From NCBI GenBank assembly GCA_963785775.1, contig CAWAWH010000001.1, forward strand, positions 1,233 through 65,232: a DNA stretch of 64,000 bases, read 5' to 3'. This DNA comes from an uncultured Solirubrobacterales bacterium (GTDB lineage Bacteria > Actinomycetota > Thermoleophilia > Solirubrobacterales > 70-9). The notes beneath the pieces were generated by a model. It was not told the origin of the DNA. It searched no databases and was given only the letters and a program-made list of their open reading frames with translations. The translations under genes and the position numbers were made by a program. This document shows, one piece after another, positions 1-13,866 of this stretch; position 1 is the first letter of the stretch, and each line of letters opens with the position of its first letter.

Positions 1-205
1 CGGCCTCGTCCATCTGCCCCGCCTGATCGGCGGCGGCTTCGGGCTCAGCTCCAGCGAGGCGAGGCGCCTGATCCAGCAGGGAGGCGTCAAGCTCGACGGC
101 GAGCCGGTCGCCGGCGACGCCCTGGATCTGACCGCAGACGGCCTGGGCGGCAGGGTTTTGCAGGTCGGCAAGCGGCGCTTCTGCCGGCTCGTCGACAGCC
201 ACTAG
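1..205 (+). CDS. tyrS: tyrosyl-tRNA synthetase, C-terminal S4-like RNA-binding domain (5' part outside window)
   Basis: The frame ending at TAG 203-205 reads ...SSSEARRLIQQGGVKLDGEPVAGDALDL...GKRRFCRLVDSH*. This is the S4-type motif typical of TyrRS C-termini, and tyrS directly upstream of rrn is common in actinobacteria. Confidence 0.65.
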   Translation, partial: GLVHLPRLIGGGFGLSSSEARRLIQQGGVKLDGEPVAGDALDLTADGLGGRVLQVGKRRFCRLVDSH

Positions 206-231
206 GCAAACGTCCCCCGCGGCGCTATACT
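203..231 (+). promoter_or_regulatory. candidate rrn promoter TAGGCA-17-TATACT
   Basis: -35-like TAGGCA at 203-208, a 17-nt spacer and -10 TATACT at 226-231, about 255 nt upstream of the 16S 5' end. Confidence 0.35.
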
Positions 232-308
232 CCCCCGTCCTTCTGGGGCTCCCTTGTGGAGTCCCATGCGTGAAGAGCGTCGAGTCCCGGCGTTGAGGCG
301 CAGCGGTC

Positions 309-328
309 TTTGAAAACTGAGCAGCGTG
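309..328 (+). other. 5' strand of the 16S processing stem (partner 2091-2110)
   Basis: aaaactgagcagcgt in the leader is perfectly complementary (15 bp) to acgctgctcagtttt in the spacer. The two strands bracket the 16S gene as an RNase III-type helix. Confidence 0.7.
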
Positions 329-485
329 CACTCCGTGGACCCGTCAACAGGTCCGCGGAATGTTTGAGCCCGAACCATCTGGCCACGTCAGCGGCTGGAT
401 GGTCTTGATTTACCTCGTCATACCGGCCGTCGTACTTGTGTACTCGGCGGCCATATAGGCATGACAGGCTCTCTGTAGAAGTACT

Positions 486-2030
<1,545 letters not shown>

Positions 2031-2147
2031 CTAGGGAGATTTCTCTAGAACGTCGACCGGGCTCCCCACAGGCACCCAGTGCCGGTGGGAACGCTGCTCA
2101 GTTTTGAGAGACCACCGCGGAAGAACTCCGCGGTGCGCCTCGGTGGA

Positions 2148-2168
2148 CCTTGAAAACTGCACAAGGCC
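2148..2168 (+). other. 5' strand of the 23S processing stem (partner 5242-5261)
   Basis: ccttgaaaactgcacaaggcc pairs with ggccttgtgcggttttcaag downstream of the 23S gene (20 bp with one G-U). Confidence 0.7.
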
Positions 2169-2221
2169 AATATGGGTATTTAATTTCAGCCCGTGCACTT
2201 CGGTGTGCGGGTTGTATCACC

Positions 2222-5217
<2,996 letters not shown>

Positions 5218-5289
5218 CGGATTTTCGATTACTTACTTTGAGGCCTTGTGCGGTTTTCAAGCTCCACCGGGGCGTTGTCTCGCAAAATT

Positions 5290-5404
5290 CCGGTGGCGCA
5301 TAGCGAGTGGGAGACACCTCTTCCCATTCCGAACAGAGCAGTTAAGCCACTCTGCGCCGATGGTACTTGGGGGGCAACCCCCTGGGAGAGTAGGTCGCCG
5401 CCGG
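5290..5404 (+). rRNA. rrf: 5S ribosomal RNA
   Basis: Helix I forms between ccggtggcg and cgccgccgg. The internal motifs CCCATTCCGAACAGAGCAGTTAAGC and GGGAGAGTAGGTCGCCGCC are present. Confidence 0.93.
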
Positions 5405-5419
5405 TTCTTCTACGACTCT

Positions 5420-5452
5420 GGGCCGCCCACCCTGGGCGGCCCTTTGTCGTTT
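5420..5452 (+). terminator. rrn intrinsic terminator
   Basis: The 10-bp stem gggccgccca/tgggcggccc has a 3-nt loop and is followed by TTTGTCGTTT. Confidence 0.8.
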
Positions 5453-5659
5453 GCGGCTCTCGCAGCCCGGCGCAGTTCTCCCAACGGGCTCGAGCCCGTA
5501 CTCGCCGAGCGTGGCGAAGTCGATCAGCAGGTCGACGGCGTCGGTCAGCCGTTCGGTGAGCGTTGTCTTCTTGAGTCGAACATAGGTTCGTAAGCTACGA
5601 GGGGTCCCGGACGGAACTGTCCGGTTGCAACCGGTCTTGCATTTCGTGCCTGGGACGCT

Positions 5660-6586
5660 TCATCTAGCGCCGAATTCCAAGACCAAGCGAGCCGTCTCGG
5701 CCGGTTTCTCGACGTTGGGTGAGTGGCCGGCGCCCTGGATCAGGTGGGTCTGGGCGCCCGGCACCGCCCGCTTGTACTGGGCGAGCGCCCGCTGGGGGTC
5801 GTTGACGATCTGCTCTTCGGCGCCCATCAGGACCATCAGGGGCTTGGCGGCTACCTTCATCCGCTGGTCAAGTGACTCTTCGTTGACGAAGTCGTTGACG
5901 CCGTCGGGCGATTCGTCGTAGGCGGTATAGGTGAGCCGCTTTACGTCTTCGACGAAGGCGTCGGGCACGTCGTATCCCGGCGCAAAGGCGACGCCGAGGC
6001 CGTCGCGGATCGAGAAGTCGGGCTTGATCCGCCACAGCGCCTCGCCGAGCACCGGCTGGAAGGCGAGGCCGGCGATGAAGCCGAGGTCACCGTAGGAGTT
6101 GTCGGGCGGCATGTCGATGATCACCGCCCTGCCGACGAGCTGCGGGTGTTCTTGGGCGAGGGCGACGGTGACCGCGCCGCCGAGCGAGTGGCCGACGACC
6201 TCGGCGTCTCTCACGTGCAGGCGCTCCAGCGCCTGGCTCACCGCCAGCGCCTGGTTCGGCGGCGTGTAGCCGGAGCCGGGCTTTTCCGAGCCGCCGTGGC
6301 CGAGCAGGTCGACCTCGATCACCCGGTGCCGGCGTTCTAGCATCGGCAGCATCCCGTCCCACCAGTCCATCGCGCAGCTGAAGCAGTGGATGAGGACGAT
6401 CGGCGAGCCGCTGCGCGGGCCGCGTTCGCGCACCTGCAGTTCGCCGTCGGGCAGGTCGAGGATGCGGCCGCCGGGCACGGTGACCTCGGCCTTCTTGGTT
6501 TCGCCGTCGAGGATCAGGGCGTTGACGACCAGCAGCGCAAGCAGCGCCGCGACTACCCCGATTCCGATGATCCACCGCCTCCTCAT
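5660..6586 (-). CDS. membrane-anchored or secreted alpha/beta hydrolase
   Basis: Intact 308-aa ORF with an N-terminal hydrophobic segment (IIGIGVVAALLALLVVNALIL), the nucleophile elbow GHSLGG and a C-terminal GAGH. A TAGGGT box lies 11 nt upstream of the ATG. Confidence 0.8.
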   Translation of the reverse strand: MRRRWIIGIGVVAALLALLVVNALILDGETKKAEVTVPGGRILDLPDGELQVRERGPRSGSPIVLIHCFSCAMDWWDGMLPMLERRHRVIEVDLLGHGGSEKPGSGYTPPNQALAVSQALERLHVRDAEVVGHSLGGAVTVALAQEHPQLVGRAVIIDMPPDNSYGDLGFIAGLAFQPVLGEALWRIKPDFSIRDGLGVAFAPGYDVPDAFVEDVKRLTYTAYDESPDGVNDFVNEESLDQRMKVAAKPLMVLMGAEEQIVNDPQRALAQYKRAVPGAQTHLIQGAGHSPNVEKPAETARLVLEFGAR

Positions 6587-6631
6587 GGCCGGGCGTTACC
6601 CTAGCCGCGTGAGCCCGGAGCGAGCAACCTG

Positions 6632-7929
6632 ATGGAGAAGTTCGTGATCCAGGGCGGCGCGCCGCTCTCCGGAGAGCTGACCGTCGCCGGCAACAAGAAC
6701 GCGGCGCTGCCGATCCTCGCCGCCTGCCTGCTGACCGAGGAGGAGCTGCTGCTGGAACGGGTGCCGCGGATCCGCGACACGGAGGCCCAGATCGCTCTGC
6801 TCGAGCAGCTCGGGGTCGAGGTCGAGTGGGTGGCCGACAACAGCGTCCGCCTCTGCGCCCGCGACGTCACCGATCCCTCGGTCGACGAGGAGCTCTCGAA
6901 GAGCATCCGCGCCTCCTTCCTGCTCGCCGGGCCGCTGCTGGCCCGCTTCGGCGAGGCCCGGATGCCGCCGCCCGGCGGCGACTTCATCGGCCGCCGCCGC
7001 CTCGACGCCCACCTCGACGCCTTCAAGGACCTCGGCGCCCGCGTCGACGGCAACCGCTGGATCGAGCTGACCGCGCCCGGCGGCCTCTGCGCCTGCGAGA
7101 TCTTCATGGACGAGCCCTCGGTGATGGGGACCGAGAACGCGCTGATGGCGGCGGCGCTGACCCCGGGTCAGACGAAGATCTCCAACGCCGCCTCCGAGCC
7201 CCACGTCCAGGACCTGGCCCGGCTGCTGACCAAGATGGGCGCGCCGGTCGACGGCATCGGCTCCAACGTGATGGTCGTCAACGGCAGCGAGGGCCTCGGC
7301 GGCGCCGACCCACGCGATCTCTCCCGACCACATCGAGGTCGGCAGCTTCATGGCCCTCGCCGCCGCGACCGGCGGGGAGCTGCGGATCCGCGACGCCGAG
7401 CCGGCCGACCTGACCATGGTGCGGCGCCAGTTTCGCCGCCTCGGCCTGCGCTCGGACGATCGACGGCACCGACGTGGTCGTCCCGCCGGGGCAGAGCCTG
7501 GAGGTCGAATCCGACCTCGGCGACGCGATCCCGAAGATCGAGGACGGGCCCTGGCCGGCCTTCCCGGCCGACCTCACCTCGATCGCCCTGGCCCTGGCGA
7601 CCCAGGCCAGGGGGGAGATCCTGATCTTCGAGAAGATGTTCGAGAACCGCCTCTTCTTCGTCGACAAGCTGGTCGCGATGGGCGCTCGGATCACGCTGTG
7701 CGATCCCCACCGGGCGATCGTCAGCGGTCCGAGCCGGCTTCACGGCGAGCGCGTCGAGAGCCCCGACATCCGCGCCGGGATGGCGATGCTCATCGCCGCC
7801 CTGGCGGCCGACGGCACCTCGGAGATCGGCAACATCCGCCAGATCGACCGCGGCTACGAGCAGATCGACGAGCGCCTGCGCGGGCTCGGCGCCCAGATCG
7901 AGCGCGTCTCTGCAGAGGTCCCTGCCTAG
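6632..7929 (+). pseudogene. murA: UDP-N-acetylglucosamine 1-carboxyvinyltransferase, frame broken twice as sequenced
   Basis: Three MurA segments lie in three successive frames:
- MEKFVIQGGAPLSGELTVAGNKNAALPILAA...
- ...HAISPDHIEVGSFMALAAATGGELRIRD...
- ...[15 protein letters not shown]...[27 protein letters not shown]

The breaks are at about 7306 and about 7453, and each is a net +1 shift. Confidence 0.9.
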
Positions 7930-7952
7930 CAGGGCTTTACGCTCGCCTCTCG

Positions 7953-7958
7953 TAAGGT
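7953..7958 (+). promoter_or_regulatory. -10 box TAAGGT, 7 nt upstream of the hisZ ATG (leaderless)
   Basis: TANNNT hexamer with a 7-nt spacer to ATG 7966 and no Shine-Dalgarno sequence. Confidence 0.45.
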
Positions 7959-7965
7959 CAGCGGG

Positions 7966-8962
7966 ATGATCCACCCGATTCCACCCGGAACCCGTGACGT
8001 GCTCCCCGACGAGATGCGGGAGCTGCGCCGCCTCAACCTGGCCCTGATCGAGGTCTTCGAAGCGCGCGGCTACGGCGAGGTGGCGACGCCGGCGATCGAG
8101 TACGACGAGGTGCTCTCGCGCGGCGACGGGCGCGCCGCCGCCGAGCGCCTACCGCTTCTTCGACGGCAGCGGCGAGCTGCTGGCGCTGCGCTCGGACATG
8201 ACGGTGCCGATCGCCCGCCTGGTCGCCAGCCGCTTCGACGGCGCCGAGATGCCGCTGCGGCTCTGCTACCTGGCCAGCGCCTACCGGGCGGTGCGGCCTC
8301 AGCGCGGCCAGATGCGCGAGTTCGTCCAGGCCGGGGTGGAGCTGATCGGCGCCCCGGCGCCGGCGGGAACCGCCGAGGTGGTAGAGGTGCTGGAGGCGGC
8401 GCTCGACGGCGCCGGGCTCGACCGCGCCGTGATCGGGCTCGGCGACGCCGACCTCTACCGCCAGCTGCTGACCGAGTACGGGGTCGAGGGCGATGCGCGC
8501 GACTCGATCATCGGCCGGCTGGCCACGCACGACCTGGTCGGCCTCGAGGCCGAGCTCGCCGAGGTCGACGGGATCGGCGAGGAGCAGGTGGCGACCTGCG
8601 TCGCCCTTTCCCAGCTGCGGGGCGGCAGCGAGGTCCTCGAGCAGGCGCGCGGAATCGGCGGCGCCGCGGTCGAGCGGGCGACGGCGCGGCTGCTGGAGAC
8701 CTACGAGGAGCTGGACCGGCGCGGCGTCGCCGACCGGGTCCAGATCGACCTCGGCCTGCTGCGCGACCTCGGCTACTACAGCGGCGCCATCCTCGAGGTC
8801 TACGACCCGGCGCTCGGCCACGTGCTCGGCGGCGGCGGTCGCTACGACGGGCTGCTGAAGCGCTTCGGGGTCGACCTGCCGGCGGCCGGCTTCGCCCTCT
8901 ACCTGGAGCGCGTCCATGTCGCCCAGATGGAGGAGGAGTCGCGAAGGAAAGGGGCATCGTGA
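7966..8962 (+). pseudogene. hisZ: ATP phosphoribosyltransferase regulatory subunit, one frameshift as sequenced
   Basis: The N-terminal part MIHPIPPGTRDVLPDEMRELRRL...ATPAIEYDEVLSRGDG continues in the +1 frame as AYRFFDGSGELLALRSDMTVPIARLVAS...GGGGRYDGLL. The break is at about 8130-8147. Confidence 0.88.
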
Positions 8963-8981
8963 GCGCGTCACGGGTGGTTCT

Positions 8982-9659
8982 ATGAGCTTCGAGGTCGCCG
9001 GCCTCGGCGCGGCAAAGGCCGACGGGCCGCTGAAGCTGGCGGTGCCGCGCGGCGCCCTCTTCGGCGAGACCCTCGACGTCCTCGACGGCGCCGGCATCGA
9101 CACCTCCGGGCTGCGCGGCGACTCGCGCTCGCTGATCTTCGAGACCGAGGGGATGACGCTGGTGACGATGCGTCCCTCCGACGTCCCCACCTACGTCGAG
9201 GCCGGCGCCGCCGACGTCGGCATCACCGGCAAGGACGTGCTGCTCGAGCAGGCCGACCGCATGGTCTACGAGCTGCTCGACCTCGGCTTCGGCCGCTGCC
9301 GGATGGTCCTGGCCGGGCGCAGGGGCGACGAGCGGCTGGGCGAATCGCAGCGCCGGCTGGGGATGATGCGGATCGCGACCAAGTACCCGCGGATCGCCGA
9401 GCGCTACTTCGAGCAGACCGGGCGCCAGATCGAACTGATCGAGGTAAAGGGCTCGGTCGAGCTGGCGCCGCTGATCGGCCTCGGCGACGGCATCGTCGAC
9501 CTGGTCGCGACCGGGCGCACGCTGGAGGAGAACGACCTCGAGGTGCGCGAGGAGATCCTCGAGTGCAGCGCCCGCTTCGTCGCCAACCGCGTCGCCCACA
9601 AGCTGCGCGCCGCCGAGGTCGACGAGCTGACGGCGAAGTTGAGAGCGGCGGCGGCGTGA
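8982..9659 (+). CDS. hisG: ATP phosphoribosyltransferase, short form
   Basis: MSFEV...LAVPRGALFGETL...MRPSDVPTYVEAGAADVGITGKDVL...LVATGRTLEENDL. About 225 aa and paired with hisZ. Confidence 0.92.
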   Translation: MSFEVAGLGAAKADGPLKLAVPRGALFGETLDVLDGAGIDTSGLRGDSRSLIFETEGMTLVTMRPSDVPTYVEAGAADVGITGKDVLLEQADRMVYELLDLGFGRCRMVLAGRRGDERLGESQRRLGMMRIATKYPRIAERYFEQTGRQIELIEVKGSVELAPLIGLGDGIVDLVATGRTLEENDLEVREEILECSARFVANRVAHKLRAAEVDELTAKLRAAAA

Positions 9660-10921
9660 GGACGCGCCGCTTCGAGTGGGAGGGAGCGGCCGGCACCGCG
9701 GCGGCGTTGCGAGGCTGGGCCGAGCAGGCGGCGGTCGCGGTCGACGTCGGCCCGATCGAGCGGGAAGTGATCGGCGGCGGCGACGCCGCGGTGCTGAGCC
9801 TGACCGCTCGCTTCGACGCCACCGAGCGGGCGCCGGAGGCGCTGCGGGTCGACCCGGCACGCGCCGCGGACGCCCTGGACGCGATGGCGCCGGAGCTGCG
9901 CGAGGCGATGGATGTCGCCGCCGCGAACGTCCGCGCCGTCGCCGAGGCGCAGCTGGTCGCCGAGCCGGCCCGGGTAGAGCTTCCGCAGGGACAGGTCGTC
10001 AGCAGCCGCGAGGTCGCGGTCGGCGCCGCCGGCGTCTACGCGCCGGGTGGGCGCGCCGCCTATCCCTCCAGCGTCCTGATGTGCGCGATCCCGGCCCAGG
10101 TCGCCGGAGTGGGGCGGGTGGCGCTGGCCTCGCCGCCCGGCCCCGACGGGCGGCTGCAGCCGCTGGTGCTCGCCGCCGCGGCGCTCTGCGGGGTCGAGGA
10201 GATCCACGCGATGGGAGGCGCCCAGGCGATCTTCGCGCTCGCTCACGGGACCGAGACGATCGACCCCGTCGACGTCATCGCCGGTCCCGGCAACGCCTGG
10301 GTCAGGGAGGCGAAGCGGGCCGTCTACGGGCTGGTCGGGATCGACTCCCTCGCCGGGCCCTCTGAGCTGATGCTGGTCGCCGGCCACGACACCGACCCCG
10401 AGTGGGCGGCGCTCGACCTCTGCTCCCAGGCCGAGCACGGACCCGACAGCCCGCTGGCCGTCGTCGCGGTCGAGGAGCACGTGCTGGAGGCGGTCGCCGC
10501 CGCGACGGAGGGCGCCGCCAGCGCCCGCCCCGGCGTCGGCGAGGCGCCGCTGGCACTGGTCCAGGTCCCCGACCTCAGCGACGCGATCGACCTCGCCAAC
10601 GCCTACGCGCCCGAGCACCTGGAGCTGCTCGAGGAGGACGCGGCGCTGCTCGCCGAGCGGGTCACCACCGCCGGCTGCGTCTTCGTCGGCCGCTTCGGCG
10701 CCACCGCCTTCGGCGACTACGCCGCCGGCTCCAACCACGTGCTGCCGACCGGCGGCGCCGGTCGCTTCTCCGGTCCGCTGGGGCCGGGCGCCTTCCGCCG
10801 CCGCATCTCCACCGTCGAGGTGCCCGCGGCCGCCGCCACTGCCCTGGCGCCGCACGTCGACGCCCTCGCCCGGGCCGAGGGCTTCCCCGTTCACGGCGAG
10901 TCAGCGATGATTAGGCGATGA
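9656..10921 (+). CDS. hisD: histidinol dehydrogenase
   Basis: The GTG start overlaps the hisG stop (GTGA). Motifs include [27 protein letters not shown] and [15 protein letters not shown]. Intact. Confidence 0.94.
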
Positions 10922-11512
10922 CCAGGACTTCCAGCAAGGAACGCAGCACGGCCGAGACGCAGATCGAGCTCTCGCTCGACCTCGACGGGGGGGCCAGTCG
11001 AGGCGCCGCGACCGGCGTCGGCTTCCTCGACCACATGCTCGACCTGCTCGCGCGCCACGGACGGCTGGGGCTGCGCGGTGGAGGCCGATGGCGATCTCGA
11101 GACCGGCGCTCACCATACGGTGGAGGACGTCGGCATCGTGCTCGGACAGGCGCTCGACGAGGCGCTCGGCGACCGCGCCGGGATCCGCCGCTACGGGTCG
11201 GCAGTGGTGCCGATGGACGAGTCGCTGGCCGAGTGCGCGATCGACGTCTCGGGCCGCCCCTTCTGCCATTTCGACGCCGACCTGCCGACCACCTCGATCG
11301 CCGGCTTCGACACCGAGCTGGCCGAGGAGTTCTTCCGCGCCGTCGCCAACAGCGCCAAGCTGACCCTGCACGTCTCGGTCCGCTACGGCACCAACGCCCA
11401 CCACATGATCGAGGCCTGCTTCAAGGCCTTCGCCCGCGCCCTGCGCGTGGCGGTCTCGATCGATCCCGAGGAGAGCGGCGTGCCGTCTACCAAGGGGACC
11501 CTGAGCGAATGA
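10918..11512 (+). pseudogene. hisB: imidazoleglycerol-phosphate dehydratase, one frameshift as sequenced
   Basis: The N-terminal part [24 protein letters not shown]...[16 protein letters not shown] continues in the +1 frame as [26 protein letters not shown]...[15 protein letters not shown]. The break is at about 11070. Confidence 0.9.
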
Positions 11513-12135
11513 CGACCCGGATCGCGATCCTCGACTACGGGATGGGCAACCTGCGCTCGGTCGAGAAGGCGCTGGAGCATGTCGGCGTCATTGCCGGCAT
11601 CACACACGATGCCGGCGAGGTGCGGGCCGCCGACGGGTTGATCCTGCCCGGGGTCGGCGCCTTCCCGCGGGCGATGGAACGGGTCCGCGAGCGCGGCCTC
11701 GACGAGCTGATCGCCGAGCGCCGGGAGGCCGGCGTGCCGATCCTCGGCATCTGCCTCGGCCTGCAGCTGCTCTTCGACTCGACCACCGAGCTGGGAGGGG
11801 CCGCCGGGCTGGGACTGCTCGACGGCGCCGTCGCCGAGCTCGATGCGGACGGCCTCAAGGTCCCGCACATCGGCTGGTCGCCTGTGCGCTGGGAGCGCGA
11901 GTCGCGCCTGACCGAGGGGATCGAGTCCGAGACTCCCTTCTACTTCGTCCACAGCTTCGCCCCGTGCCCGGCGCCCGGCGAGCTGCTCGGCAGCGCCGCC
12001 TACGGCGCCCGCTTCGCCTGCGCGGCCGAGCTGGACAACGTCTTCGGCGTCCAGTTCCACCCCGAGAAGTCGAGCGCCGCCGGGCTGCGGCTGCTCTCCA
12101 ACTTCGCCGGGGTCTGCGCGTCCGTGCCCGCGTGA
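11509..12135 (+). CDS. hisH: imidazole glycerol phosphate synthase, glutaminase subunit
   Basis: ATGA overlap with hisB. Motifs: [29 protein letters not shown]. Confidence 0.94.
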
Positions 12136-12857
12136 TCCTCTACCCGGCCATCGACATCCGTGGCGGCCAGGCGGTGCGGCTGCTGCGGGGCGATTACGAG
12201 CGCGAGACCGCCTACGACGCCGACCCGGTCGACGCCGCGAGGCGCTGGGCCGGCGAAGGCGCCGAGTTCCTGCACGTGGTCGACCTCGACGGCGCCAGGG
12301 CGGGCGAGCCCCGGAACCTCGATGCCGTCCGCCGCATCGCCGCCGCCATCGATTGCCCGATCCAGGTCGGCGGCGGCCTGCGCGACCCCGATTCGGTTGC
12401 GGCGGCCCTCGACGCGGGCGCGGAGCGAGCAGTGATCGGCACCGCGGCGCTGCGCGATCCAGCGTTCTTGGCGGAGATGCTGACCCGGCATGGAGAGCGC
12501 ATCGTGGTCTCGGTGGACGCCCGCAACGGCAAGGTTGCGCTGGCGGGGTGGACAGAAGCAGGTAGAGAGGGAGCGGTCGAGGCCGTAGCGGAGCTGAGCT
12601 CTCGCGGCGTCACCCGCTTCCTCTGCACGGCAATCGAGGTCGACGGCACCATGGAGGGCCCGGCCATCGCCCAACTGAGCGAGATCGCAGCCGCCACCAG
12701 CTCCAAACTCATCGCCTCCGGCGGCGTAGGAACCCTCGCCCACCTCGAATCCCTGGCCAGCAAGACACCCGCCAACGTCGAGGGCGCAATAGTGGGCCGA
12801 GCCCTCTACGAGCAAAGGTTCACCGTCGCCGAAGCCATCTCCGCGCTCGGTCCCTAA
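12132..12857 (+). CDS. hisA: ProFAR isomerase (HisA; a PriA-type dual-substrate enzyme is possible)
   Basis: GTGA overlap with hisH. Motifs: [40 protein letters not shown]. Confidence 0.92.
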
Positions 12858-12875
12858 CGGTCCAGCGCGACGGCA

Positions 12876-12977
12876 GCGAGGCGGGGTGCCCTCTCCCGGA
12901 GGCTCAAGCGCCAGCCTCTCTGATCAAACAGCCGATCTGCTGCGCAACGGTCTCCGGGAGAGGGCACCCCGCCTCGC
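12876..12977. repeat. perfect 26-bp inverted repeat with a 50-nt loop between hisA and hisF
   Basis: gcgaggcggggtgccctctcccggag (12876-12901) is the exact reverse complement of ctccgggagagggcaccccgcctcgc (12952-12977). It sits in the only long gap of an otherwise overlapping operon and has no U-tract. Confidence 0.9.
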
Positions 12978-12984
12978 CCCTGTC

Positions 12985-12990
12985 TACGCT
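12985..12990 (+). promoter_or_regulatory. -10 box TACGCT, 6 nt upstream of the hisF ATG (leaderless)
   Basis: TANNNT hexamer identical to the one upstream of ispG, with a 6-nt spacer to ATG 12997. Confidence 0.4.
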
Positions 12991-12996
12991 TGCAAG

Positions 12997-13770
12997 ATGG
13001 TCCTCAAGCGCGTCATCCCCTGCCTAGACGTCGACGCCGGCCGAGTAGTAAAGGGCACCAACTTCGTCGGCCTCCGCGACGCCGGCGACCCGGTCGAGCT
13101 GGCCGAGCGCTACGACGCCGAGGGCGCCGACGAGCTGGTCTTCCTCGACATCACCGCCTCGCACGAGAAGCGCGAGACGATCGTCGAGCTGGCGCGGCGC
13201 ACCGCCGACAACGTCTTCATCCCCTTCACGATCGGCGGCGGCATCCGCTCGGTCGAAGACGCCCAGGCGGTGCTCGACGCCGGCGCCGACAAGGTCTCGG
13301 TCAACTCCGCCGCCCTCGCCCGGCCGGAGTTGCTGACCGAGCTGGCCGACCACTTTGGCGCTCAGTGCGTGGTGATCGCGATCGACGCCAAGCGCGATGG
13401 CGACGAGTGGGGCGTCTACGTCAACGGCGGCCGCCGCAAGGTCGAGGGGCGCGACGCGGTCGGCTGGGCTCGGGAGGCGGTAGAGCGCGGGGCGGGGGAG
13501 GTGCTGCTGACCAGCATGGACCGCGACGGCACCAACGACGGCTACGACATCGAGCTGACCCGGGCGGTGGCCGACGCGGTGCCGGTGCCGGTGATCGCCT
13601 CCGGCGGCGCCGGCGAGCTCGCCCACCTCAGCGAGGCGATCGCCGCGGGAGGCGCCGACGCCGTCCTCTGCGCCTCGATCTTCCACTACGGCCGGCACCG
13701 CGTGCGCGATGCCAAGGAGCGCCTGGCGGCCGACGGTATTCCTGTGCGCCTGGAGGGTCTATCCCGGTAG
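12997..13770 (+). CDS. hisF: imidazole glycerol phosphate synthase, cyclase subunit
   Basis: Motifs: [47 protein letters not shown]. Confidence 0.95.
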
Positions 13771-13866
13771 GGGTTCCACTTAACTTTTTCGTGGATCGTC
13801 TGCGGCCGTCCGAGATTGGCGCCGCCGAAAAAGTACAAGACGTTCCACCCCTACCGGGATAGACCC
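13755..13866. terminator. compound AT-rich hairpin at the convergent ends of hisF and the deacetylase gene (candidate bidirectional terminator)
   Basis: The outer arms gggtctatcccggtagggg (13755-13773) and cccctaccgggatagaccc (13848-13866) are a perfect 19-bp pair. The inner arms actttttcg and cgaaaaagt also pair. The arms overlap both stop codons. Confidence 0.55.
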
